A stretch of 64,000 nt of DNA, taken from positions 10,230,001 to 10,294,000 of the forward strand of contig CM069133.1 in the NCBI GenBank assembly GCA_035221665.1, written 5' to 3'. Origin of the DNA: Okamejei kenojei. Its lineage: Eukaryota. Of the stretch, positions 25,032 through 38,534 are shown in pieces; the first letter of the stretch is position 1; each line of letters starts with the position of its first letter. The notes beneath the pieces are model-generated. The model was not told the origin of the DNA and did no database searches. It saw nothing but the letters and a program-made list of their open reading frames with translations. The translations under genes were made by a program, and so were the position numbers.

Positions 25032-26377
25032 CCCTCCGCTCCCAACCTTATAATCTAAGAGATCATCTGGTAGTTCTAGTCTTCTATGAGCCTAACTATG
25101 TTACTTCGGCTATTTGTTTTCTGTGTTTTCACGCCGCTGCTTTGAAGTATGACGCGCATGCGCCTGGCGGGGCTTCTTCACGTAATCCCTCAACGCCACT
25201 CCTCATAAAATAAGGATCAAACTTCGAACTGGTATGTTCTCATTTAATCTTAATATTTTCTTGTGTAAGCCAACATGGAAGAGAACCTGAAGGTCATGAT
25301 GTTCCCATCCACCTTGACCCTCTTGTGTATGAGATCTCTGATTTGGGAGGTGTTGTTTGAGGAGCCCTGATGTGTACATATATCATCAGATAAATGCACT
25401 TCATCAAACTACATTTTAAATGTATAATTACACTTGAATAACAATTCGAATTGACTATTTCATGATTTTAGATTATGCGATTCAATTGAAAATCCACAAT
25501 TAATACAAGTACACAATACCAAACTGGTGAGATGAGCAAGTTTGTAAAACAGAATCAAATACTACTGATGCCCCATAGTGTAGTACTATTTTTTTTAAGT
25601 GGTTTTGAATTACTTTCTCCATTTAAAATATGTATGTAGATTCGACAGTGCTGAAAAAGACTGTTCGACGTAACCGATAGAGCCTCTGCCAATCATTCCT
25701 CGTATAAATCTGTCAGCATAGCTATTTAATTCTGTTCTTCCTCATGCATTTTCAGCTTTTAATTTCAACTGCTTGTTCCACTTTTTCACCATCCTTTGGA
25801 TAAATAGGTTTGAACTGAACCTGAGAATTACGTATTTTTGGTATATTAATTTCTTCTAGTCATGTACTTCTCCACAAGTGGAAATTTTTTTAATGCATTC
25901 CCAATATGAAAATCCTTCATAATTGTAATGACCTCTGGTAGGTCACCCTGCAGCTTTTGCAAGTCACATGCATGAAGTTATAGTATTATGCTTTGTACAG
26001 CCAGTACCATGAGCGATGATTTGAAACTTAGGCCATTTGTAATCAATTAAAATACAAGTATTTGTATAGGGCTGGATTGGACAGGACCCAGTCCACTGCC
26101 TGCCTTCCTGGTCATGAATTGTCCAGATGTGGAGGGCTGTTCCAGCTGATCCTCCACACCCCTTAGCCATCCCACAATGTGGTGACTGGGCCTTGCGTGG
26201 TGTACCAATTTGCCTTGCCCTAAAACACCTTTGACAACTTTTCATAGTTGAAGGGTTTTAAAATGGAGACATTTAATGATTACTGGACTAGATTGCCAAT
26301 AACTTAAAAACAAATTACACTTGAACAAATTGATTAAAGATACCTTAAAACTAATTTTGTGTATTCACTTCTTTGTA

Positions 26378-26630
26378 TCTGGGCATTGCTGGCAATGCCA
26401 AGGTGTATTGTCCATCCTTACTTATCATTGAAAAGGCAGTGATGAATTACTGCCTTGAATAGCTGTAGTCCTTATGATCAAGGTAGCCCCACAGTGCTGT
26501 TGGGTAGGGTGTTTCTGCGATGTACTTTGTAGATTGTTACACTGTACTTTGTACAGTGCAGCACTGGTGGTGGATGGGATGAATGTTTAGATTGGTTAAC
26601 GATGCATCAATTAAATGTATTTGCTTTGTC
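26378..26630 (-). mobile_element. Old LINE 3' remnant
   Basis: gggcattgctggcaatgccaa...cacagtgctgttgggtaggg, a degenerate repeat similar to 18410-18560. Confidence 0.4.
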
Positions 26631-26756
26631 CGTATGGAATAAAAACACTAGAGTAAAGTAAGAGAACATAACCATTTAACTATCGCCATTTATTTTTTTT
26701 TGCAGTCGGTGGCCCCATTCAAATTAATGTTTGCAGGAAGATCCTATCCCAGTGAT

Positions 26757-27098
26757 NNNNNNNNNNNNNNNNNNNNNNNNNNNNNNNNNNNNNNNNNNNN
26801 NNNNNNNNNNNNNNNNNNNNNNNNNNNNNNNNNNNNNNNNNNNNNNNNNNNNNNNNNNNNNNNNNNNNNNNNNNNNNNNNNNNNNNNNNNNNNNNNNNNN
26901 NNNNNNNNNNNNNNNNNNNNNNNNNNNNNNNNNNNNNNNNNNNNNNNNNNNNNNNNNNNNNNNNNNNNNNNNNNNNNNNNNNNNNNNNNNNNNNNNNNNN
27001 NNNNNNNNNNNNNNNNNNNNNNNNNNNNNNNNNNNNNNNNNNNNNNNNNNNNNNNNNNNNNNNNNNNNNNNNNNNNNNNNNNNNNNNNNNNNNNNNNA
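26757..27098. other. Assembly gap (342 N)
   Basis: Run of N. Confidence 1.
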
Positions 27099-27265
27099 AC
27101 CTACAAACCTGTAAGTCTTTGAAGTGTGGGAGGAAACCGGAGCTCCCAGGGAAAACCCATGCTAGTCACGGGGAGAATGTACAAACTCCGTACAGACAAA
27201 CACCCATAGTCAGGATCGAACCAGAGTCGGTGGCACTGTTAGGCAGCAATTATACCGCTGCGCTA
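27099..27265 (-). mobile_element. tRNA-derived HE1/V-SINE-like element, 5' part (cut by gap)
   Basis: Reverse-complement match to 38535-38700; B box GGTTCGATCC on minus strand. Confidence 0.85.
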
Positions 27266-28029
27266 CCTAGCCACACATTATCTGTATGCATCTATCTATA
27301 CGATATCTATAGATACCATTATCTATGAGCTTTCAACTTTTGTTAAGAAGAACTTGTGTTGACAGAAATGGTCTAACTTTCTCATTGGTGAGAACACTGA
27401 TATGTTAATTTTAAAAAGTACACGATTATTTATTTGGGCAAATTGTATGATGCAAGGCAATGTGAAGAATACTTGTACTGAGCAAATATCTGCATTGTGT
27501 TACATGTCTAGTTACATTATATGTGATATGTTTTAGTTTATGTATTATCATCCAAAATGAATTCCAATCGATAGAGAGTTACTTTAAAAAAAAAGTTAAT
27601 TGGTCACTTTTTTTTCCCACTAATTTTTGCTTTTTGTATGATACGTGTGGTTTTTACGTGTTATCAACTGGGCAATAGATATTGTGCTCATTGTTTTGTC
27701 ATAATTTTGTTCTATGTTACAAAGCCATCTCTTTAGGAAAAGGATAAATGTTCTCAGCTCAATTTTGAATTGTGGACAATGCTGTGAAGTTAAAATTGAT
27801 TATCTATTGTTAATTATTCTTGACAATGTGATTAGGCGGAGAGTTTCTGAATTTATACCTAGCAGTGAATGAATTATGATATATTTCCAAATAAATCCTT
27901 GCAGATCAGATGCTGCAAATGCAGGTAACACTCAGCAGGTCAGTAAGCATCCTTAGCAAGCAATTTTTAAAAAAAAAGTTAACAAATTCTTATTTATCGT
28001 GAGGAGAATTGAATGAAAAACTAGGAAAT

Positions 28030-28540
28030 CATCTATCAACAAGAAAGGATCGAATGCATCTCTGGAATGCTGTGTACAGCACTAATCTCTACTTAAGCAA
28101 GACTGTATGTGTATTGGAATCAAATAGGAGCTGGCACTGGAATGGACAAGCTATCTTGTGAGAAAAGGCTGGACAGGCCAGGCTGATATCTGCTGGAGTG
28201 CAAGAGGATTGACTGAAACACATGATCCTGTGAGGTTTCACCTGATGGATGTGGGGAGCGTGTATCCTCTGGTGGGAGAATCTAGACCCAAGGTTCACTT
28301 TTTCGATTAAGAGGGATGAGGCAAAATGTTTTCTGAGGATTAAGAGTCAGCACAATTCTTCATCAAAGTGGATGCAGATTTTTAAATATTTTAAAGCAAA
28401 ACTAGATTTTTGATGTGAAGGAGAGATAGCTTACCATGGATAGATGGGAACAGGAAATTTAAGTCAGATGAGCTGTGATCTTGTTAAAAGGCTCAAGGGG
28501 ACAATTCTACTCCTCCTGCTCCTAATTTGCATGTTCACAT
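28030..28540 (+). mobile_element. Old CR1 LINE 3' remnant
   Basis: ggtgggagaatctagacc...tactcctcctgctcctaatt follows CR1 3' layout. Confidence 0.6.
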
Positions 28541-29169
28541 AATAGTTTACTATTTGTGGCAGATCAGTGTCTTTCAGGAAAGCCAGCCTGGAAGCTATTT
28601 TTGTAATATTCTAAGGAATCTTGACTACTTCTATAATACAAAACTGCAAACATAGTCACTGCAAATGTAGATTGCAGTTTTTTGGGCTGAAATACACCAA
28701 CATTATAGGGATTCATCTGGTCGGTCAGACCTGCTTTTAGTTCTCATAAAATATATTAAACTATTTATCCCATATTGTTAGGAGATTGAATATTATGTAT
28801 TATCTGAGTTAAAGCATCTTAATCTATTTACTGACTAACTGCATGGATCAATTAATGGACAATGTAATGGACAAATCTGGTTCTACAGATCTGAACTATT
28901 TCTAAATGACAAAGTTGCTTCGATTTCAGTGATGGTGTGATATATGAAACTTTTGCTTCTGGAGTGCAATTATCCCTGAAAATAGGAGCATTAGAGGCCA
29001 CTCAGTTCACAAAGAGGCCTCACGGCTCAATATGAGCATGGTTGCTCTACCTCAGCCATAGCCTGCAATTCCCGAACTTTATTTTTTCAAATCCTTCCAG
29101 TGTTCTAGCTTTCACTTCTCTCTGGGGTAATTTTTGGGGGAAGAACTAGTGTATCAAATCACTTGCTTT

Positions 29170-29610
29170 CAGGTAAACCCTGATTTACTAAATCCTGATC
29201 AGTAGGCGGAGATCTAGGGGTGGATATATAATTCCATTGAAGTGGTGACATGGGTAGACAGGATGACAAAGAACGCATTTGTCATGTTTGCCTTCATCGG
29301 TCAATGTATTGAGTAGAGGAGTTGACTCAACAGGCTGCAGCTATACAAGACGTGAGTATAACCCCATTTGGATTATTTGTTCTGATTGGCCTGTAATAGG
29401 AAGGATGTTATTAAAAGATACAGAAAATATTTGAGGATGGTATTGGGTCTGGAAGGTTTGAGTGCTAAGGAGAGATGACATTTAAGAGACTGGGGCAATA
29501 TTTGGATAAGAAAGGTTTGGTGGGCTATGGGTCAGGTGGAGGCAAATGGGACTAGCTCATTTAGATTAATTGGGCTGATGAGCCTTCTTCCGTGCTGTTT
29601 AGTCCTTTAA
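29170..29610 (+). mobile_element. Old CR1 LINE remnant with internal deletion
   Basis: gccttcatcggtca..tattgagta...aggaaggatgttattaa and 3' UTR aaatgggactag...tccgtgctgt. Confidence 0.6.
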
Positions 29611-32600
29611 TTCTATGCCTAATGCTAGATAATTTCTAATTGTTATCAGCAAATTTAGATAATCTAATATTACATGCTTCATCTAGAAATGCTGATACAT
29701 CTAGAGAATCTAGTAATCATATTTTATCTGCAGCTTGTACTGTCAACTTAATGTTGACATTTAACCAATCCTCCAGAGGTACATTTCACCAACACTTCAG
29801 TAGTCGATGCTTCTTATTAATATAAGGGTCTTTGGTTTTCAAGGATCAGTGATTTATGTCCTAATAATCCTTATTATTGCATTTATAATAGCTTTCTCCA
29901 CCCTCCATTTCCTCCCTGTTCTCACCTCGATTCCAGCCGATTGACACCTTGTGGTCCCTGGAGTCCCTGTACTGCAGAGCTTCTCTTGTTCGCACCACCA
30001 AAAACTCTTCTGTGGTGAGGCCATTGAATTGGGAGCTGCATTGAGAGATTGATTTCCAGCACCAATCAGTATTTTTTTTTTTTTTTGCATTTAATGATGG
30101 AGCTGTTTCAAGTGATTAACCTTTTTGGAAACTGAAAGCAGTTGCAATGTACCACCTTCGATTAACAGAAAAATGTTACTTTCCAAGACTTCTCAAGAAT
30201 AAAGTTTCAGCACCTATTTTGTTATTGTAAATGTTATTGGTTCACCGCCTGTTATTTTATATTATTTGCAAATTACTTTGTATTCTAAACTTGATTTGCA
30301 ATAATACAATAATGTTATATTGCATGTTGCAAATATTTTAAGAAAACATTGAATTTTCCCGTGAGCAGTCTATTGCTCACACTTAAGTAATAAGGCCAGA
30401 AGTGACCCCATCAAGGAACTTTCGAGAAAACATTGGACAAACAGTAAAGCCATGGCCTCTGTTCTGTCATCTGGCAAAGCTGTGAAGCTCTTACTTTACA
30501 CTTCTGAATGTAATTTGAAAGCTGTTCATAATAAACAAGTTTAGAGATTATTTTCAAAAAAAAAGTATGTGTTTGCTTATGAACAGTCACCAGCAAAGCA
30601 ATCGCATCCACCCTCTTTATTTTGCTGTATTCCTGCAACCGATTATCTTTCGGACCCCATCAACTCCTCTTTGTCACTTATCTCCACTAATTTTCAGTAG
30701 CCAAATAATCTTCTAGCATGTTTTGGGATCTTGAAGATAACCAGAGCAGCAGGTAAAATTTGTGCAGTCAACGGGAGAACATGCAAATGCCCCTGTGTTG
30801 CTTGAATTTGCGAATAATTACTTGCAATTCTAATAATCTTTTGAATTGTACAGGAAATATAACACACTGTTTCTTGCAACTTTGAGGCCATTTAAATGGT
30901 GCAGTGTTGGTTCTGGTCTGTGGTCTGACTAGGTGCAAGATGCCCCAATGTAAATGCTCAAAAAGATTGTTCCTGTTGCTGTTGAATTCCATACGGAGTC
31001 AAGCAACATAATACCCAAATAGATTTGCTGTGAGGAATCTGACATGATTATTTGGTAATTCTTCAATCTTTCTCGTATGCTTGCATTGAGGTTAAATGCC
31101 GACCGTTTCCATAGAACTGACCATTTCTACTGATGAAGCATGTCGGGTTTTATGCATCTGCTTACTTGCAGCTTGTTCACATATAATACTATACTTAAAG
31201 CAAAGTACAAAGTAGCATCCTTAATATTAAAATAACCAGATGTTGAACCAGTTCATTAATACAAATTACGAAAAGGACTATGATAAAAACTAGTTTTTGC
31301 ATTTTTGTTAGCTCTTTCTTTATCTTGTCGTTAAATACCACTTTGGAATTTTGAGTGTAAGATCCAAATTTATTAGTTATGAGATGCAAAAACACACCAG
31401 GTTCTGTTAATTAGTTTCCATTAGAACTGTGGAGCTACTAGGATGGTTTTTCAGAGTAGGCATGGTTTACACACATCACTTTGAATATCGTGGAAAATAA
31501 CATTCTTGCACTGAATATCTATTTGCAAAGCAAATCCTGACTTCCTAGTTTGATTTTCCGTCATTACTACTTATTAAAGAACGAGTAAAAAAAAATAAAA
31601 GCCAAGCCAGCAATGGCAATTAACAGTTTTGGCTCATTGTTATTGTAAGATCTCACTTTGAATTAAGTTACTTTGGCTTTTGTGTTAACTAGTTTTCTGT
31701 TTTTTTTAAATTGAGATTTATTTTAATGATAACAGGAATATTAAGGTCTGACACTCATTACCGTAAGCTGACTTTAAAAACTAAATTTAAAATATATTTT
31801 GCACACAATATAGCATATTGTCAGTGGAGACTTTTGCGGATGTTCTTATCTGCAAAGATGTTTAATATACCAACCATCTTAAGTCAGGAATGTTCTATGT
31901 AGTGATATTAAGTTTGCAAAATTGATTCTCCTGTCTACTACTGATCAATATTATCAGTTGTACATGATAATGGAATAAAGCTGCCAGTATATAACAAGCA
32001 TTTTTGATTATTTTTATTTCATTTTTCATTAATTTTTAGAATGCTTTCAAAATCTAATGACCCATCTGTTGCAAAGATAAGTTTAACTTAATACTTCAAG
32101 TAATTGAATTAGACTGACTTCTGAGCAGTTTTTCATAAGATCCTTCATTGGTTTCAATTGTATTTCAATGCATACCATAAGAGCAATACATTCATAATAT
32201 CTTAATAAATCTAGAGTTGCCAACAGGATCTCTCTGGGTTCCATGTTTACCTATTCTGTTTTGTTCTGGAGTGTAGCACAGCAGTTCTTCCACTATCATT
32301 GACATCATTGTCATAAATTATTTCAATAAAATTAATGCACAGAATTGCTTTCATTGGGTGAAAAATCTGGTGCATGTTATAATCCTTGTGGTAGTGTTAT
32401 ATATTAACATTGCAGCAAATATTATGTAGAACATATCGTGTTATAAAAGAATACTAATGGTTGAAAGATAGGCTCTATTCAGTTTGGGTTTGTAAATCGT
32501 ACACCACATTGTAGATTAAAAAAAGGGAAAATGTGTTTCACGTTCCCTGTGCTTTAAGAATTGTTGTTCCAATCCCTTGCCTTGGCAATGCTTGCTGCAT

Positions 32601-34025
32601 GCACTTTCATCAGTAAAATTATTCTACTTAACACATCAAAAACTGTCACGCATTTGGCCTTGGATCAGAGAATATCCATATCTTGTTAAAATTAGCATTT
32701 GTGTTTAACCAAATCACAGCAAACTTGGGATCATTGACTGCTATGATTTAAAACCGATTTTTTTTTTCTCAATGCAAAGTAAATGTAATTATTTTTGATA
32801 TTAAAACAGTTGATTTCTGTAGATTTATCTTAACTTGATATGTGACACCATGACAATAAAATGATCCACGTTGAATTAAGAAATACTATTAACTTTGCTA
32901 GTGTGGCTCTGTTGAGAGTTTGGACATTTTCATAGATTCCTTCAACTTGTAAATCAAATACTTGTGTGGGATATATGATGTTAGAACCAAATACAGTTTC
33001 AGAAACTTGTTTCTCATTTCCAGTCAATGAAAAGCTATAAAATAGAAACATCGTGTGCTGATTTTTCTTGCATAATGTAAATTTAATAAATATTTAAATG
33101 TTTGGAATGCTAGTAAGATCTTGTAGTATTTGATATGTACAATTTTAATATATGAATATATTATGTTTTATAAGAAGAAATATAGTACACATAGTATTAA
33201 AATATATGATTTGTCCATTGCTCAAGAAAAAATAGTTGCAGCATTCAATGTTTTTTGGTATAATTGCAATAAATCAGCAGATAGAAAATAACTCTCACTA
33301 AAATGCTTGCATTGTTCTTTATATAAGATGGCTCGGCTAAGGAAGACAAGAAAATACTTCCATTGTCATTTGGCTATTTCTAAACAGATGCATGCAGTCT
33401 GCTCTGCTGTCACTAACAGAACTTATTTTGTGAATAGAGTATGTCAGAACCAGCTGTTGTATTTGGTCTCTGATGCTTTTTAAAATGATGACTGGACTTG
33501 AGTGTGAAGTGGCCTATTTTCATTAACTTCACTTCGTAGAGTAATTGTTAACACTTAAAGATCAGCTTTCCTTCTCTCCATAATTTGACAAGCAATGTAT
33601 ACATTTTTCCTTGTAAAAATGGAGTTCAAGGCTGTCACATTTTCTGTGCCCATTGAATGGTTCTTCCTCTTCTATTAGATGCTAGATGATTAAACTGTGC
33701 TATACCAATGATATATTTCCTTTCGTAGCTCATGTTTCCTTTTATTTAATAAATGTGCCATCTCTCCATTTTTTTTGGGGGTGGGGGGGAGATAGATGGG
33801 TCACCAAGCAGGGGTGATCATCTCCAAAGCATGTTAAGCTGTTTTATCCCCCGAAGTGATTTGTCTTTCCATTGCTCAGACTCTACCTGTGATTTGCAAA
33901 GATTGGTTCTTTTTTGCTGATCTATGTGCTGCACCTGGGTGACGTGGGCTGCAGACGTGAAGTTCATGTCTATGTTAATGGCACTGTAATCTTTAACTCT
34001 TCATCACTTTCCTTGTCTCCAACAA

Positions 34026-34935
34026 TTATCTCGGTGCATTTGCCCACTCACCCAGCCTATCCAAGTCATCTTGCAGCTTCCTAGCATCCTCCTCACACCT
34101 AACACTACATCCCAGCTTAGTGTCATCTGCAAACCTGGAGATGTTGCATTCAATTCCCTCGTCCAAATCATTAATGTATATTGTAAATTGCTGGGGTCCC
34201 AGCACTGAGCCTTGCGGTACCAGACTAGTCACTGCCTGCCATTCTGAAAAGGACCCGTTTACTCCTAACCTTTGCTTCCTGTCTGCCAGCCAGTTCTCTA
34301 TCCACATCAATACTGAACCCTCAATACCGTGTGCTTTAAGTTTGTATACTAATCTCTTATGTGGGACCTTGTTGAAGGCCTTCTGAACGTCTAGATATAA
34401 CACATCCACTGGTTCTCCCTTATCCACTCTGCTAGTTACATCCTCGAAAAATTCTATGAGATTCGTCAGACATGATTTACCTTTCGTAAATCCATGCTGA
34501 CTTTGTCTAATGATTTCACCACTTTCCAAATGTACTGCTATCCCATCTTTAATAACTGACTCTAGCAGTTTCCCCACTACCGATGTTAGACTAACTGTCT
34601 GCAATTCCGTTTTCTCTCTCCCTCCCTTTTTTTTTTTTTTTTAAAAGTGGGGTTACATTAGTTATCCTCCAATCCTCAGGAACAACTCCAGAATCTAAAG
34701 AGTTTTGAAAAATTATCACTAATGTATCCACTATTTCTGTGGCTACTTCCTTGAGTACTCTGGGATGCAGACTATCTGGCCCTGGGGATTTATCGGCCTT
34801 TAATCCATTCAATTTACCCAACACCACTTCACGGCTAACCTGGATTCCACTCAGTTCCTCCACCTTATTTGACCCCCGGTCCCCTGCTGTTTCCGGCAGA
34901 TTATTTTGTTTTGTTTTAACTAATTGTTTTAACAT
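34026..34935 (-). pseudogene. CR1 ORF2 reverse transcriptase fragment
   Basis: KSPGPD, QHGFTKGKSCLTNL, VPQGSVLGP, FADDTKL; frameshift at the poly-T run ~34630. Confidence 0.92.
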
Positions 34936-35073
34936 TTGTTTTAACTAATCTCTTTCTCTTCACGCATCTATAAAAGCTTTTGCAGTCAGTTTTTATGTTC
35001 CCTGCCTGTTTTCATTCATAATCTATTTTCCCTTTCCCAATTAAGCCCTTTGTCGTCCTCTGCTGAATTTCTC

Positions 35074-36015
35074 TCAGTCCTCTGGTAGGCTGCTATTTCT
35101 GGCTAATTTGTATGCTTCATCTTTTGTTTTTATACTATCCCTGATTTTCCTTGTTATCCATGGATGCACTACCTGCCCCGATTTATTCTTTTGCCAAACT
35201 GGGATGAACAATTGTTGTAGTTCAACCATGCAGTCTTTAAATACCTTCCATTGCACACCCACTGTCAACCCTTTAAGAATCACTTGCCAGTCTATCTTGG
35301 CCAATTCACTTCTCATACCTTCAAAGTTATCTTTGTTTAAGTTCAGAACCCTTGTTTATGACTTAATTATGTCACTCTCCATCCTAATGAAGAACTCAAC
35401 CATATTATGGTCACTCTTGCCCAAGGGGCCCCGCACAACAAGACTGCTAACTAACCCTTCTTCATTACTCAATGCCCAGTCTAGAATAGCCTGCTCTCTC
35501 GTTGGTTCCCCTACATGTTGGTTTAGAAAACTATCCCGCATACATTCCAAGAAATCCTCTTCCTCAGCACCCCTGCCCATTTGATTCCCCCAATCTATAT
35601 GTAGATTGAAGTCGCCCATTATAACTGTTTTACCCTTGTTGCACGCATTTCTAATTTCCTGTTTAATGCCATCCCCAACTCCACTATTACTGTTAGGTGG
35701 CCTGTACACAACTCCCACTAGTGTTTTTTGCCCCTTAGAGTTTCGCAGCTCTACCCATATCAATTCCACATCCTCCAAGCTAATGTCCTTCCTTTCTATT
35801 GCATTAATCCCCTCTCTCACCAGCAACACTACCCCACCTCCCTTTCCTTTCTGTCTATCCCTTCTGAATATTGAATATCCCTGGATGTTCAGCTCCCAGC
35901 CTTGGTCCCCCTGGAGCCATGTCTCCGTGATCCCAACTATAGCATAGTCATTAATAGCTATCTGCACGTTCTTCTCGTCCACCTTATTTCGAATGCTCCT
36001 TGCATTGAGACACAA
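35074..36015 (-). pseudogene. CR1 ORF2 AP-endonuclease fragment
   Basis: LNARSI, GITETWL, GGGV, VVYRPP, MGDFN, LDW, SDHN. Confidence 0.93.
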
Positions 36016-36234
36016 AGCCTTCAGGCTTGTTTTTACAACATTCTTACTCCTTATACAATTATGTTGACAAGTGGTCCCTTTTGATTTTTGCCCTGGAAAC
36101 CCACCACCTCTTATTCTCTGTTTATTATTTTTTTTCTTCTTTCCCCCCCCTACATGTTGGGTCTGAGTGCTTCCCTTCTCTGCCTCCTGCCTCAGACCCT
36201 GCTTCCTCTATTTGAGTCCCTCCCCCCAACTGTT

Positions 36235-36345
36235 CTAGTTTAAAGTCCCCCCGGTAGCCTTTGCAAATTTCCCTGCCAGGATACTGGTACCCCTCGGGTT
36301 CAAGTGCAACCCGTCCTTTTTATACAGGTCACTCCTTCCCCAAAA
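36235..36345 (-). pseudogene. CR1 ORF1 C-terminus, SGNH/GDSL esterase
   Basis: Hand translation FWGRSDLYKKDGLHLNPRGTSILAGKFAKATGGTLN*; DGLH is the DxxH block V motif. Confidence 0.8.
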
Positions 36346-38029
36346 GAGTGTGAAATAAGAATGTTTTCCTTGGATTCAGTCAAACCCTACTTTTCCCAGT
36401 AGCTTCCTTTGAGCACAAACTTGAAATGGTTTATATCTCTGTATTGCTAACTCATCTTTTGTAGGAATTTCCATGAAGGAGTCTTTGGTTAGTATTTGGC
36501 AAAATGCCTGGTCATCTCTCAGTCATGGAGAATAAATTCTCACTTGTCAATTAAAAGTTTGATTCTGTCAACTATATCATTGAAACATTTTGTTTAGTAA
36601 TATGGAAATTGTCCGGTTGTAAATCTAAACGTGGACTTGTAAAACTAGTTGTTTTACCCATATTGCAAGATTATCAATTAAATGATGAAAGATTTCATCT
36701 GACAAAAAATAGTGAAACGGCTAATTTAAATTCTGTACAAAATCTGGAGCATTAAATATTGTAGGCTTTAGTAAGTCTAGTTTAATATTAAACGTCCCCT
36801 TATCAGTCGCGTTTGGTCAGGCGTATGGCATATCTTGTAACAGTGGAGACATGTGAGTTATTAATTTTGTGTTGATGATATTAAAGGAGTCTTATCACTA
36901 GCTATTGGTTCTACTTCAGCATTTGGCAGCAGGTTTCAACAGCTGGCCTTGAAAATGTTTGTCCTTGAAGTAGTTATGAGAACAATACCATAAAACAGCT
37001 AGGATAAAGTTAACATGCAGGGTATGTTGCAGCAAATACAGCAATTTTATGAAATATTGATGAATAATGCTCTTTGATATTTTTAGATTTACAATGCTAT
37101 ATTATAAATAAGTATTTTGTGTTGAAGTATTGTTCAAGCGGCATATTTTCAACAAGGAAAAATTATAATTTGATTAAAATAAAACATTTTTTCATGCGTT
37201 AACAAGTTACATATAGTTTATATATCATGGCAAAGTTACATAAAATGCATTTGAGGCTGGCACAAATTGTACTCTTTGCAGAGTAAATGTAAGGTACCAC
37301 AGTGTGTTAATGTTCAAATATTTTTTTGAATGTATTTGCACTGTAGCTGTTTGGTAGCAACTCTGCAAGGATGCAGGGAACATTCTTTCTAAATACTAAA
37401 TTTTTAATGCTGAGAGAAAATGGGAGTATTTGTTTTGCGAACGTGGAGCAATTTGATGCAAGTTTATAAAATTCCCAGGTGGCCCAATAGTTACTGTCCA
37501 TGCTTTGTCAAACTTCAGAATGTTGAGAGTGCCTCAGATTGGTACCATGCATAGTTTCATTTTGTGTAACAAAAATGGAAAATACAGAAGTAGCAGTATA
37601 ATTTGCTCTTAATATAAGCTTTGAAAGGAGAACATTGGTTGATGATCAGTGCATCACACTAGCTAAAGCAAATGGGTTATGTCAAATCTAAAACAATCTA
37701 AAACAAAACCAAGCATACAATTTTGTCCTTGGGCAACACTTTAGTTTGGCCTCAGTTGGATTTCTCTCCTGGAATATTAAGGCCTTGAAGGCTCAGGAGA
37801 TAAGAAAGAACTCTGTCCTAAGCAGCGAGGCTCGGGGAGCTGGGTCTTTACACTTCAGAGTGTAGACTTAAAAGATGTGAATGAGATTTATAAAAAGGTC
37901 TACACTGAGTTTGTGTGGGCCATTTATTTCATGTGGATGGATTGGGAAAAAAATCTAATTCCAGGTTTAAAGATGCATTATTGCAAACATTAGTTGTATG
38001 TTCAATCAAAACCATCTCTTACCAGACAG

Positions 38030-38320
38030 TAGTTCATAAGTCATTGGAGCAGAATAGGCAATTCGACCCATCGTGTCTATCCACCATTCAATTATGGTTG
38101 ATCTACTTTTCCCTCTCAACTCTTCTCCTGCCTTCCATGATTCCCTTACAAATCAAGAATCTGACAATCTCCACCTTAAAAAATCCCCAATGACTGCCTC
38201 CACACCCCTATAGCAATTAACTCCACAGAATCACCACCCTCCGACTAAATAAATTCCTCCCCACCTCTTTTCCAAAGGTGTGTCCTTTTATTCTGAGGCT
38301 ATGCCCCCTGGTCCTAGAGT
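38030..38320 (-). mobile_element. CR1 LINE 3' fragment
   Basis: Similar to 1850-2170. Confidence 0.8.
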
Positions 38321-38534
38321 AGAAACTACAATTCCCTTCGAGCTCAGGGAACCAGTGCTGATTCAAGGGGAATGGAATAGTTTCTGACTGGGGCAGAGAC
38401 CATCCGTTACAAGAATAACAGCCCTCTAATATGAATTAGGGTTAATATAATCATCTGAACTAATTTTCAGTTTAAAGAGGAGGGCATTTCTATAAATTAA
38501 GTGGGTGATCTGTGGTTCGCATGGCTCTGTTTTT

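Larger units (their letters stand above)
20537..25259 (+). mobile_element. DIRS1-type tyrosine recombinase retrotransposon, termini intact, ORFs degenerate
   Basis: 36-bp ITR core (20564-20599 / 25149-25184); ICR 24918-25031 complementary to both outer ends; gag-RT-RNaseH-MT-YR order; ATTTT at both ends. Confidence 0.93.
34026..36346 (-). mobile_element. CR1-clade LINE internal fragment (ORF1 end, APE endonuclease, RT), truncated both ends
   Basis: Contiguous ORF1 C-terminus, spacer and ORF2 pieces; no 3' UTR or tail. Confidence 0.93.

Noticed and set aside
26700-27122. ORFs of 140 and 127 aa
   Set aside because: Made of N-gap X residues
34120-35947. + strand ORFs (88, 158, 113 aa)
   Set aside because: Antisense shadows of CR1 ORF2
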